From the NCBI GenBank assembly GCA_002633005.1, contig NMRA01000050.1, forward strand, positions 867,820-931,819: a DNA stretch of 64,000 nucleotides, read 5' to 3'. The translations under genes and the position numbers were made by a program. This document shows positions 26,401 through 39,199 of this stretch, piece by piece. The stretch comes from Phoronis australis. Lineage: Eukaryota > Animalia > Phoronida. The stretch's first letter is position 1; each line of letters opens with the position of its first letter. Under the pieces are notes generated by a model. The model saw nothing but the letters and a program-made list of their open reading frames with translations, was not told the DNA's origin and ran no database searches.

Positions 26401-26582
26401 TGTCCGTTCACTTTCATTGTCGCATAGATTAGCTTATCAGACTCGACAGCATTTACGTTAACGGAGTTGAGATAGTCATCATCACTGTCTTCACCAACAG
26501 TGTTCACATTGCGTTTAGGTTTTCTCTTACAAACAGTCGCAAAGTGATTTCGGTTGCCGCATGCTTTGCAGGTTTGTCCATA
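23443..26582 (-). pseudogene. pol: Gypsy gag C-terminus (CCHC knuckle) plus pol: protease, RT, RNase H, integrase
   Basis: CKACGNRNHFATVC knuckle (26529-26570) in frame with the protease (IDCGAS). RT DLKSGYW, RLPFG, VADD. In-frame TGA at 25485-25487. RNase H QCDASKTGLGA and SDHKPL. Integrase H..H..C..C, DLF, SDNGPQY, NGKAE. Frameshift near 23780 and a terminal TRSGRVIKPP. Confidence 0.93.
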
Positions 26583-27055
26583 AGTCGAAAAGTTTTTCTC
26601 AGTTCATCATTGTCAATGCCCGTTACAATTCTGTCTCTGAGCAGGGTGTCTTTCATGCAGTCGCAGAATTGACAGTTGCGCTGCAAATGTCGTAGGTTTG
26701 TCAATAAAACATCAAAAGACTCACCTTGCTGCTTCAAAGAGTTGAACAAATACCTTTCATATGTGACATTGGTCTGTCCAATGATGTAGTCATCAAAGCG
26801 TGCAATGGTTGTTGCGACAGTCTTCTCACTATCGAATGTGAAGCCGTTGTAAATTCTCAAAGCGTCCGTGCCAATGCAGTTTAAAATCATTGCCAGTTTA
26901 TACTCTTCAGATTGTCCATCGAGCTTTGCCAAAAGGGCATAATTAGTCCACTGTTGCCTCCACAGTTCCCACTGTCCGATTCTGTCAGCGGCGGACAAAT
27001 CCAGTGTCTGTGGTGGTTTGATTGCGGGTAGGAATTCGTCGGTTCCCTCAGCCAT
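26583..27055 (-). pseudogene. gag: Gypsy gag N-terminal part, frameshifted by an internal deletion before the zinc knuckle
   Basis: Starts MAEGT downstream of the PBS. Motifs WELWRQQW, IGTDALRIYNGF, ERYLF..QQGESFD, LRDRIVTGI. The frame changes just before YGQTCKAC. Confidence 0.85.
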
Positions 27056-27127
27056 GTCGGTATCGTTGTAGAATGTCTCCAACACTAAAATCAGTGTTCC
27101 ACGGGCTTTAACTCTAAAACCAATGAG

Positions 27128-27140
27128 TTCGCTGCCACCA
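27128..27140 (-). promoter_or_regulatory. Primer binding site, tRNA-Leu type
   Basis: TGGTGGCAGCG directly after the 5' LTR, complementary to the ..CGCTGCCA-CCA 3' end of tRNA-Leu. Confidence 0.85.
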
Positions 27141-27405
27141 TGTATGAAAACCTCTTTCAAACACAACTCTGTATTACAGTTTTACGTGGGTTTATTCTAG
27201 AGATCTACAAGATACATCTATTCACTATGCTGTCTAACTCTCAACTGAAAACTTGTTTGTCAGAACTAAAGATCATATGCTCATGAGTCATCACATTTCA
27301 GAGAATTGTTTTGCACAACTTACACAATCTATGATTCTAGCTACCAGTTCCATATAAGGTTATGTTTTGGACTCTGCAAGTTTAATGAAAACCACGAACA
27401 TAACA
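27141..27405 (-). repeat. Gypsy 5' LTR (265 bp)
   Basis: Direct repeat of 22820-23078, adjacent to the PBS. Confidence 0.95.
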
Positions 27406-28516
27406 CTTACCGTGTAATATTTTTATTTCATGGTATTTGTTAACATTGGGTACGTACATAACACAGGGATACGTACACTACATTTCAATGGCTGTAACTA
27501 AATACTAAGAATCTACTGAGTTAGGTGATTTACTAAGTCAATTCAAAGAGAAAACTACATGTAACTTAAGCACAACATTCATGTGTATACATGTACATGT
27601 ATCTGCCATACTTTGAAAATAGGCACAAATTAAAATATAGGGGTATGTACACTACACAAAGGCTAATATTTCACTCAAAACAAATGTATTTGTAATAAAC
27701 ACCATTTCAACTTAACATGTTTAAAGTCATATGATCCGTTTGTAGACGTTTTAAAAACATCGTGAATCTGCATAAAAACCATTGAAACATGCTCTCTGAC
27801 ACTTAATTAGAACTTTTCGTAAGTATGGGGTCGATCTGCTGCCTGTACATATTTTTTCTTTTACTTTTTAATTTCCTAAAATCTGCGTGATCAAAACAAA
27901 CGAATGTTGCCCATAATGCTGTGCGGTTTGACCTTTCGGCAACTCGAGACAAATAGTCAGCTGTTTCCGGTACTGCTTCGAAGAAGAGAAGTTCGCCTTA
28001 ACCAGGCAATTTATTCGTTTCTTGAACATTTTGATGACGACATTGCTCCCTGTATGAGCTGAAAAGTCTAACTATTACGCTTAGAATTAGATGAAACCAT
28101 TACCTGTGGGAAAATTACGTACTGAATTCGATAGTAATCATTGTGCTCGAGTCGAGTGTGCAGTGGTACCCTAGCCAGCCAGCTAGCGGTATCAAAATAC
28201 AGCTAGGTACCACTGTGTGTTTTTCTTCAATAGAGCCCGAAATTCACACAGCCAGGGTAGTATATTTAGTATACAGATTTGTACCAAGGCTAGCCCTAGC
28301 CCTAGGCCTATCAATGCTGTGACTAAAAAAGAGTGTAGTGTTATTGTGGTTGGGTAGACCCCGTTTGTCACTCGATGGTCGTGAGTTGAATTTCTACCTG
28401 CTGGCTGTTTTCAGACTTTGGACTTGAATTGCAAAACTATTCGTGGTTTTTCATTGCCATAAGAAAAGCATCGTCTATCACCAGGGACTCTATACTCTAC
28501 TTGTATATTGTACTAG

Positions 28517-28950
28517 CAGGGGCACATTGGAGGATTTAAGGGGGACGGGGCAGGTGGCCATGGCCCCCCTAAAATTCTGCCAGTTACCATTTGGCAGTTC
28601 GGAGTGCGAATTGCTGACTAGCATACAGGTATGCCCCTATTGAACAAACCCCGTTTACCGTTTATGTTTTTTAACAGTAATAAGGTCCACAAACCCAAAA
28701 ATTCGAACCCCGCGTACCTACATCAGGCTGGGCGCGCCCATGTTGCAAAATTCTGGTTATTCCTGTGCCCTGGCCCCCCTAACTCAAAATCCTGGATCCG
28801 CTCCTGGGGCACATACAGGACTTTGAGTTGGGGGAACAGGGCAGAGTATTAGCCAGGATTTAGTTCGCCAAACATTTGCACCCCCGAACTGCCAAATTGG
28901 AGCTGGGAAAATTTTAGGGAGGCCATAGCCCCCCTCTAAATCCACCACTG
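28517..28950. mobile_element. hAT5-like MITE, CAG..CTG ends, 5-bp TSD ACTAG
   Basis: Long imperfect TIRs (..TAAAATT..TTTGGCAGTTCGG / CCGAACTGCCAAA..AATTTTAG). ACTAG at 28512-28516 and 28951-28955. Confidence 0.7.
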
Positions 28951-29312
28951 ACTAGTCAGCTAGCTAGTCCACTTGAACACAAACCACTGGATCAGCGATG
29001 AAGCTTCGGATTGAATGCAAGCAAACTCGGGAAGTGCCGATAGGCTGAAGCTTGTTGCGAGAAAAGTGAGATCATACACAACCATGGTTGGGAATGGGAT
29101 GCAACAAATTTGATGCCTGTTATTCAGTGAAGAAATCTGGTTCTCAAATTGCAGGACACTGGGAGTGGTCACATCATTACAGGACAATATACTATGTATG
29201 GGACCTCCTCAAAGGCAAAAGGGTATAAGCCAAAGGCAGATCAGTAAGAGCATTAACAAAGGTCGAGCAGGTTACATCTTGTATTATCAGTGGTATGGTC
29301 TCGATTGGGTAA

Positions 29313-32300
29313 TAGTCGGTGGGCCAGATTTTGTAGGGCCTCTAGAAAATGGTTTTTGTGAGTACTTTAGGGGGGCAATTTTATTTTGGTGTTTTTTAAT
29401 TCATTTATTAGAGTGTTTTCAAAATCTAAAAAGTTCCCACATATAAAGTTGCACATTTTTGAGAAATTTGAGTTTGAAGTTACATAATAATCACCAAAGA
29501 GCTTAGTAAACTTATATTTGTAAAAACAACAGTTTTGGTGACTTTTTTGTAAAACAAGTAATATGGTCCCATCAGTGCCATTGTATTGAACAATATTAAA
29601 CTCACATTACACGTTTTACTATTGTAAATTAATTGTAAACAGTGAAATTTAAAAAACGTAAAGAGACACCTAGTGGCAAAAATGCAAACTAAGTCTGAAT
29701 GTTACTAGGAAGTTATTCTGGCATTGTCAGGCAACAAAAATAACACAAAACACTTGAGACTGGGCAAAATTTGTGCCTCAATGACTAAAACATTGACTAA
29801 TGGTGTAAAATACAGCTTGTTTGCATAATACACCAGAAATACGTTATAGTACAAAAACAATATACTGGTAGTTGAATGATCTCTGTGAATGTGCACAAAG
29901 ACTGTATGAAAATAATAGATTATTCTGACAGCGTTTATCAAGCAGTATGAGACAAATACATGACAATGATCAAAGTATGTACTTTCTATGACTTAATCAA
30001 CAAATAAAATTAACTTTTTAATACAAAAAGGGAAATAACGGGGTTGGAGGTCTATTTAGGGTTGACTTGTCAAAGAACTATCCAATGTTATGCAGTCAGT
30101 GTTGCTGATGTTACTACAGTTGTCACAGCTGCACATTTCTGTACAGTTTGACCCAGCATTGCAGCACAAACTCAGTTTCCCAGCACACATGTTCTTTTTG
30201 CACTTGCAGCGTTCATCGTTTAGTACTGTCAATGGAGATGCGGTCATTGCCATACATATTAACTGCAAAGCTCCACCGCCAAGGAGCCAACTATGGTCGA
30301 TTAGAGAGGGTACAGCACTGCACACTGGTGATTAGCCCGCAGGCAATGAAGGGTCAAACACTAAGTCCTTGTTTGGAGGCGGGCACTATTTGGGCAAACG
30401 TTTGATTCAAAATATGTTATAATGGGCTGTGTTAATTAGAGTCAGCAAGTGAATTATTGAACACTAGCCTCAATTCACTTTCGTATCTCTTAGTCAGGCA
30501 CAAACTACAACAGTGAGTAGCTTCAACAATATTTCTTAAGATTGCCTGTCCAAATAACTTCATGCACACCAGCTTTCTGAAGAACAGCTTCAAAGTCTTG
30601 CTTTAGTTTTGAAAGGCAAATGACATCTCCTTGTGTTAGAAGCTTCGATTCAATGAACTCCAAACAAAACTGTAGAAAAACATCTCTGAAAACTGTGAAT
30701 TCGTCACTCTTCACAATCGTTGTCTTTCTATTTTTTATAGCATGATGATCTGTGGTACTTGGCTTCTAAGACACAAGGTCTTTATCTTTGAATTTCATTT
30801 GCATATTCAGGGCTCTGGACTGAGCTGTTGCTTGCGATACAAGTCCAACTGAAAAAAACCCGAACTGTTAACACTAATTTAACATTCAACTATGAGTGAG
30901 TTGGCATGCAACTTTTTCAGACGGACTTATCAGGAACTGATCCACCACCAGCCTAACAAATTTACATGCCGTCTGATCTGTAGCCTAATAATGTTGATCG
31001 TCTAATAATTAGATCAGTTGATGCAACTGAAAATAAATCAGCTGATATACCAGTGCAGTGATTGAAATTTAATTTTTTTAAATCAGATGCTCAAACCATA
31101 GTCAATCGATTTACACTTAAGGTAATCGACGTTTGACAAAATGGACAGTGGCTTCCATCATCCTCAAATTTTGACGGCGACGATGGCCACTTAGGCACTT
31201 TAATTTAATTATCATTGCAGCTACCTAAGTAATTAATGTTTACAAAAAATTGAGACTACGGCAGGGGATGACGGCCACTTGGGCATGTTGTTTGCAACTA
31301 TCTACTCCATTTAACCTTCTCAAAAATTTTAGACTTAAAGTGCTTTAAAATCACACCCACAGTATAACGCCATAGGATTATCCCTTAGCGCAAGCAGTGT
31401 CGATGTGGCAACTGAATGGAGTGTTCGAAAAACAGGATTGCAGGAGTATTTGTTTAAACTGGGAACAAATGAAAACATTAACGACCTCCTCAGAGGCATC
31501 TCTCTACGCGGTACTTCTAAACTTATAGGAACATAATTTGCCGAAAAGTATCCGGCATATGAAGTACCTATAGTATGATCATCGTCTCTACTGGGTCAGC
31601 AGTATTGTCTAAGGCCTAGGCAGTCAAGGGGCTGAACAAGTTAAAAAACAACTGGTGATAATACTGAATCACACGTGGAAAACACCAAAATGTATTTTTA
31701 AAAAACACGTACCTGTTTTTGAAAGCTATACTTCTTTCTCTTTCTTGAAATGTGGCCCATAATGTACTTTTCCTGCTAACAAATGATGCACTCATGTTTC
31801 AGAATGTTCCTATCTTGTTCAGGTTAATTGGGTGTTTCAGATTTTGGAAGTGATTGATTTTCTTGGGAAATCTTGGATAACATCTGTATCACTTTCAGCA
31901 ACTTCAGCTTTAGTACTACTGTTGGTGCCTTGAAACGTTGCTATGCCGTTCTATGTCCTTTCAATTTTCTGGTCTGACACTTGGTATTCTAGTCTATAGC
32001 ACTCAGCAGTATACTGTGTAGGCTACCAGGGCATGCAGCTGTTTTCTGCACAAACGTTTGTGACACCTCTTCTTCTTTTTGATCTACTGATCTACAGAGT
32101 TCCACAGTCAATCAGCTTTCGTCAGGAAGCTTTCCTAAGCTTCTTTAGGCTCTGACATCACAATTTTGTGCTGTTTGATAAACCTTGAATTATACAGGCA
32201 TCACACTCCATGGGAGCAGCCATATTGAAGTAACTAAGCACAACAATACAATCTGGCTCTCTGATTGGTCAATTGAATAGAAAAGCGCCATCAAGTGGCA

Positions 32301-32481
32301 GGAATGCGCATCAAATTTTGTGCAACAAAAACACCTTTTTTAAAAAAAATGTGCAAGTGTAGACGTGGGAACTTTTTGGAATTTGGTTTATAGGTATATT
32401 ATCTAGCCACATAGAAAAAACTAGGTTGCCCCCCGAAAGTACTCACAAGGATGAACGCTATGAGATCTGGCCCACTGACTA
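29313..32481 (-). mobile_element. Academ-like non-autonomous DNA transposon, copy 1 (3169 bp)
   Basis: TIR TAGTCGGTGGGCCAGAT, 3-bp TSD TAA. Transposase relics DLVSxEAKYH..C and a C-terminal CXC cluster (30056-30325). Inverse of 40139-43305. Confidence 0.8.
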
Positions 32482-34078
32482 TAAATAAAGGGCTACGGAC
32501 AGGGGAAGGTTAATGACAGTGCCTGTTTTTAATTAATGTACCCTTTCTTGGACTTTGACTGTGCGACTAGGCCCTTGCAGACTCACTTTATCAATAACAC
32601 AACCCATCAGTTTACATGGCAGAGGGCCTAAAGAGTGCTTCGAAAATCATCTATCCTCCTTGAATGTCAGCTGTTACAGACTTGTAGCATCAGTATTGGC
32701 AAGTTAACACAGGAACTAAACTTAATTAGTCAGGAAACAGGTAGAACACTGAAGTTTCAATTTCAGGTACACTCACACTTCTGCGAAAATGTGTATCCTA
32801 TGGAATGTATTGATCAATGTTATCTATGTACTGCTCAGATTGGCATTTTATGTGATTATTATGTTTTTAAAGGTTCGTAATGTGCATCACCACTTTACCA
32901 ACAATAACAATACTCAAGCAACAGTGACAACATGATTGGAGTACTGAGCCATGTGCAGAGGAATAGGCTTAGGTGGCAATTGATGTTCGGTCTCTTCACC
33001 TGCAGGTATGCTTGGAACTCTCGTTTCTTAACGCAATAGAGCCGATTCTACATAACTTTTGTGTTATCAAGTCATTCTTATTGTTTTCTTTCATCAGTAA
33101 TCACAAAAGCTTTATAGGTAATAAAACTGAAAACTTGTAATAAAATACATTTGCTATGTATCACTAAAATATGCCACATAAAATGCTGAAAATTATACTG
33201 TCTTAAAACTTCATTAATAATGGACCACTGGCTTTTTGAAGAACAACAATCAGTTTGCAGCTATGAAAACAACATTCCCCTTCATGTTGAGGTCATGTTT
33301 AAACTACAACTCAAAATTAATGTGGTTTGATTTTTTCAGTATCACATAAGTATATCTGAGGATGAGGGCATTGTATTTCAACATGCTGTGTCCATACTGA
33401 CTGGGGTGGTGGGTATCACCAGCTGTGATTGTCATCAGGGTGTACCTGTGGCAGATGCTGAGGAGTGTCCACTACACTGAAAAGATCTATAAGAGACAAC
33501 CTGTCACCTGTATTTTGCTTATGCCTGTGAGTATTTCTTATAGACAGTTTTGGAAATCCTGTTACGCACCCTCATTATGCACTCATGTGACTCTGTGAAA
33601 GAAAACACTGCTGAAATGACACTTGTAATAACCTTTTACCATTTTCCTTCCAAATCTCTGGCTACAGAAATTTGGTTTTGCACTCTACATAAATGTGTGA
33701 GACAAATACCAAAACTCAATTTAGCAAATAAATAAACTATCTGAAAATATGCTCATAATTGTTACTTATTGAGAAATGTGAACAAATTATTTCCACGCTA
33801 TTAGGTATTAATGATAACTGGACTAAACCTTTACTTGGTAATTGTTAAGTGAAAACATTATTACGGCCCTGGCAGTACGCCTGTGACATGAATATTCATT
33901 AAAGACTATCTATGGATTATTGGCAGGTTCATGTTAACGTCCGGTTTTAGTCAAACTAAACATAACACAATAAAACACATTCCTTATTTAAGTTTTGTTT
34001 ATTGTTTATCTGAAATTTAAGTATAAATACCAAAATAGCCATAACAATGGATTGCCAACAGTACATTCTATAAGGTAT

Positions 34079-34297
34079 GTATAAATAAATCTTTTTCAAT
34101 AAGCCATGGAAAAATGTCGCAAACAGCTTGTCCCGTCAGAACGCCATGTTTTTGGTCACATCACATGACCTAATGAATATCAATCCAAAAACATTTCTGC
34201 CCCTGTCCCTGTCTAGGGCAGAAATCTTTTTGGACATACATTCATTATGTCACGTGATGTGACCAAAAAGATGGCGTGCTGACGGACAAACTGTTCG
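34079..34297. mobile_element. Foldback/MITE hairpin (~85-bp arms) between 15-bp direct repeats
   Basis: 34121-34203 is the inverse of 34216-34295. CATTCTATAAGGTAT at 34064-34078 and 34298-34312. Confidence 0.75.
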
Positions 34298-37200
34298 CAT
34301 TCTATAAGGTATTCAGCTTTTGAATTACACTAGTTAATGAAGATTTTTTTCTCTTATACATGGCTATGAAGAAAATTTTATTTTTATTTTTGATTTAGGA
34401 CTTTTGGTTTCTTCGTCATAAATGAGGAACTGGCAAGAGTCTACTGTAATGATGTGCTGGCCTTCGACAAAGGTACCAACTACAACAAAAGGCGCCTACC
34501 CCAACACATTTTCGCAATGCAAGGGCTATGTCACAAATCCTACTGCTTTATATACTTTGCCTGCAGTCAAACAAATTATGTTATTTACTCAGGCACCATA
34601 TTTTATTTGTCTAATGCACATATTTGTTTTGTCTACTACTTAGTACTCAGATAAATGTGATTTCTTTGTGGTACTAATAAACAAAATTTATGCCCAATAC
34701 CATTTCTTAGTTTCATACTGAAAATCGGATGAAGACTTAAATGTAATAAAACAGAGCTAGTAAAGTTCCTACAAACCAACATTCCATCAACAATAAAGTA
34801 ACTTTTAATTTATACCATTTTTCTCATCAGACCTCCTATCAGTAAGTTTCTTTACCCAGGTGAGAATGGGTTTCTTGGCTTAAAACAAATTCACCTACAG
34901 AAAATGACAAGCTGTTTCAAGGCAACTTGATAAACTGAGGTTTGAGCTATAACGAACTGTCAGTTCTTTCTAATTCCAGGAATTACTTGTACTTTGAGTA
35001 AGGAATGGGCCAGACAATAAATAGTCAAAATCAAGAGTTGGTTTAATTGAAGGAAGGCAGGTTTATAGCAGCTTTAACAGCAATGACATAATCACATTAA
35101 CGAACAAAATGGATTTTCATTGCCGAAGTTTAACCTGTATAACATCAAATGCATTTCACTGCAGTAATTCTCAACACAACAGAAATGTAAATGCAAACAA
35201 GAGTTGCTGCATGATATGAATTAATCGAAATGTGTTTGAAGTCATGGACACATTTATTTTAATTACGTAGTCAATTCGCACAACCACGTGGATCAACAAA
35301 AGCAGATGATGATGGTTGATAGACTCAACATGAACCAAGTTACATGAGTACTTCAATTGAAAATCATGTACTGTATCACAGTTTTGGAGTCAAATGTAGG
35401 CAAACAGTGGTCAAGGATTGTTAGTTTACATATATAAAAAGTAAAATGTCAGACTTATATGCTGTACGTTATATGAGTATGACCAAAATTATAGCCATGT
35501 CCTTTTGTATTGACAACAGTCTGTATCCACGTCAAGCTACTATGCAAATGTAACTTTAAAATTAGTGTCAAATGTTCAAAGCAGTGATAGTTCTTCTGAC
35601 AGATCAAATAACATTTGTTGTCATTGTAAAACCATTGATCGTCAAGGCAATGAACTGGGTGGCCCCTGGAAGCGTTGTGTCAAGTTTGTGCACGCCTGCC
35701 TTGTTTTTCTCTCAAGCATCTGCTAATTATGGACACTGGTGGCACTGGAGTATAGACCTTTCTTAATCCTTGACAGCATTACTCTTGGATTTCTCACTGA
35801 AGTACCTATGTAGCCTGTAAGTGTAAAATATTGTGAAAAGTTACAATATAATTGAGCACTGAAACACTAAAACCAAAAATACAGTGCAAAGAAAACCACC
35901 ATTGGGTACAAGTAATGATAACTGTATCTATACCACCAACTGAATGTTAGTATCAACAAGTGTGAGAGGTTGCAAGTTAAAAAGATGGTGCAAGAACTAA
36001 TGCACGTATTGCCATTTGAATCTTTGTATAAATCTTCATCGCATGATAACTTTTGATGGCCATTGCAAAACACTTTATGGTTTAAGTGAATCCTAGAGTT
36101 CTAAGACAAGAAATTGAACTCATGGCAACATGGTTATGTCCCAAGTGCTACTCAGCAGCCGGTCATACTATTATCGTCTTTTAACAAGCAGTAAGAAACC
36201 TACATTGAGAGAAAATAGAGTTGCATTTTCACAGAAAAATTTCTACGGCTATAAACCCTGCTATCCGCGCAACTTAACTTTTGATTTTAAACACTTTCCT
36301 CATTCAGATGAGAAATAAGTTTTGGTCTTGCAAAGACCTGTCAGTTCATTATGGTTGTGACCATGTCAGGTGAATGAAATGGCATGCTGTGACACGTCAA
36401 CCTAAAGAAACTCTAAGTAGTAGCAAATTGCTGGAGATTTTCAAGCCCAAAATTCACTGTCACCTATTTTTATCAAGGAACAATTCGAGATCAATATCAT
36501 ACTAATGCTACATGGTCTAAATGAACAGTTGGTTTTCGTGACATAAGGCATGCCTATATCTACTTTAAATTCCAATAGAGCATAGAGTCTTTACAAGAGC
36601 AGACACAAACCTTTGATCCAGATTGTGAGGATGCAGGTGACAAAGAAGATAAGGACAAGGGTGAACAACAGCTCTGAATCCCTGCAAGATGACAATAGTG
36701 GCATTTGTAAGAAGACATTCAGTTTAAAATTTAGTCTGAGGCCTCTACACTGAGAACTCAGACGTGTATCTATGAATCTGAAACAGTGACATTGTATCGA
36801 CAGATGGAATCGTAAAAGGGCAATTAAATTTTCAAAATAAGGTTTTTAGAAATCGTAATTGCTCCCCACACCAAACATGATGCACAAAATTTCAACCAGC
36901 AGCTGGAGTTAGGTTGCATTTATACTACACTTGTAAGCGAGTTGAAAATTTTCACATGCAAATTAGTTACATTACAAATGTGCTTTGCTCAACTGGACAT
37001 CCTCCAAGCACTGATATATTATAATAAAAACATCACACTGGGTTTACACTAACCCAATATAAATAACTCAAATGAAACAATGTTTCGTGCATTTCAATGA
37101 GTATTTTCATGTTTTAATATGGAACAGCAGTGACACCATCATCTGCGAAGTGCACTCATCCTTCAAAAATATCACTAATATTTGTCTGGTAAGCTGCTTG

Positions 37201-37585
37201 GCTTTATTCATAAGTTTAGGTGAAAAAGTCTAGGTCCAAGCAGTTTTTTTATTAAAAAAAGCTCTCTACAGGGGGTTAGTTTGAAAATGCAGATATAAAT
37301 GCTTAGATCTATGTATTTTTGTAAAAAAATCACTGTGTGAGGGGTTGCGGGTGCACTGCATGGTGGTAGGGGTAATGCGTTGTCGAAATCACGGACACTC
37401 CGAAATATTGGGAACCCCATTTTGGACACCTTATTTTCGAAATCCTGGGTGAATCCCTGAATAGAAATTGAACAGGCTTTAAACAAGGCATGTTTAAATA
37501 CTGTAAACGAAACAGTGATATCTTTGGTTAGGATTGTGAGTTGTGAGTTGAATAAAATGTGAAATGTCACTCCATGAGATATTAA

Positions 37586-38531
37586 AGTGTACGCAACATG
37601 ACTCTAGTACCTCAAAATGAATTTTATTATTATATCTTACTTGATTTCAGTGCCTTTAGTGCACAGCTCATAAAGAAATACGTAAAATTGAAAAAATAAT
37701 AATTATGTACAACGTCATGGGTTGAACCCAAGTCGTTTCAGCAACTAAGTGTATAGAGTGAAGTGAAAGTAAAGTATACTTAGCGTCGAGAAGGTTCGCA
37801 GAGGGATGAAAAGATGTGTTTGCGGAGGCTGCAGCAACAGCAGTCAGACGGAGAACGTCTCGGTGTTCCGAAGGACGCTAAAGTTGCGCAATAGTGGCAT
37901 CGCTTCGTGCGCCGAACGAAAGTGTGGGACCTCAGCGTGGACCAAGCGATTCTGTCCGGGGCCACTCAGTGTTCTGCCCACTTTGAGGAGTCGTGTTTCG
38001 ACTCCAATCGGAGGAGATGTTACGATGAAGGCCTGGTTCAATAAAGGACAATGTTTACTATTCAGAAACATCGGCTCTTTATTCAGGATCGTCTGTTGGA
38101 TGACTGGGTTGACTGGCCGAGCCCAAGGCCGCTTCTCTTGCGGGAGGATCCAGTTCGTAAGGCCTCAAAGTAGAAACGTACGCAGCTGAAAACATATCAA
38201 ACTCGTTCTCGCTTTCGTGCAACCCCATTTCGTCATCCTGGCCACCATTCTCGTACGTTTCTTCATAGTATTTGTTCATTTCTTGCTCATAATCGTTGTC
38301 GCTTTCAAATTCCCTACTCTCCGCCGTTGTTCAATGCTAGTCGCTGATCTCTTGTGTTCAACCCATGATGTCACATGGCGGGAAATGTGAAAATTGGCAA
38401 AATTGAAAGAGAAATCAAAATTTCGAGCTAATGACACAAAATAATCATGGATTTGGCTAAATTTTACGTCACACATTTAGTCTGTGGCCACCGGTAATTC
38501 GAAATGTGCAAAAATCCATGGTGTGTACTGT
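37586..38531. mobile_element. Internally deleted Kolobok: THAP-domain 5' end (+) fused to a KolX-like 5' end (-)
   Basis: TTAA at 37582-37585 and 38532-38535, imperfect TIRs. + strand from 37807: MKRCVCGGCSN../PKDAKLR..WHRFVRRT..CSAHFEESCF (THAP). Minus ORF 38079-38279 is acidic with PYELDP. Confidence 0.75.
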
Positions 38532-39199
38532 TTAAGGAAATGAATGAAACAATACCTCAAGGTTTTTTCAGGTGATGACTAGTCTGGGACTCTTGCAAAG
38601 AAATTTGTAGAGGGCATTGTCTAAACCATTCATTCTGAAAGTACACATGATGAAGGAGGGTTTAAATACAATTTGACTCATTTTACCAGGAGCAATCACA
38701 AGATTTAAGAAATGTACTTTCAGTCAATTTGTCACACCTTTATGCTTAAAACAACTTTGATTTAATTACCAGAAGGCAAGATTTGTAGCTGAGACAGCAT
38801 TATTCTAAACTGACAGCGACTTAACAGACTTATAATTGATGAAAATTCCGGCTTACGATAAATCCCATAGCCTAATCTCTGTATTCGATAGCAATTCCAT
38901 GACATGAGCAAACATAAGATCTGCACTCAAATCATGTGATTTGACTGGCTAATTTTTTGAGGTTGTGAGTTCAAGTAATGTGCCTGGACCATGCAGATTG
39001 CAAGTAACCATTTTCTCCTAACCTGCACAGTCTAAGATGGAAATACAGAGAAAAGTGGCCATCAATAACTGAATAAGTTTAGCACACCTATTCTTTCTTT
39101 TAAAACTTAACGAAATAAGAAAGATCAACTTACGGTTACACGGGCCCCTGTAGGTGGTCAGTATTCTCCTAACTGGAAAAAATAAAGCAAAACTAATAA

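Larger units (their letters stand above)
22820..27405 (-). mobile_element. Full-length defective Ty3/Gypsy LTR retrotransposon
   Basis: TG..CA LTRs at 22820-23078 and 27141-27405. 5-bp TSD CTTAC at 22815-22819 and 27406-27410. PBS, PPT and gag-PR-RT-RH-IN order. Confidence 0.97.
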
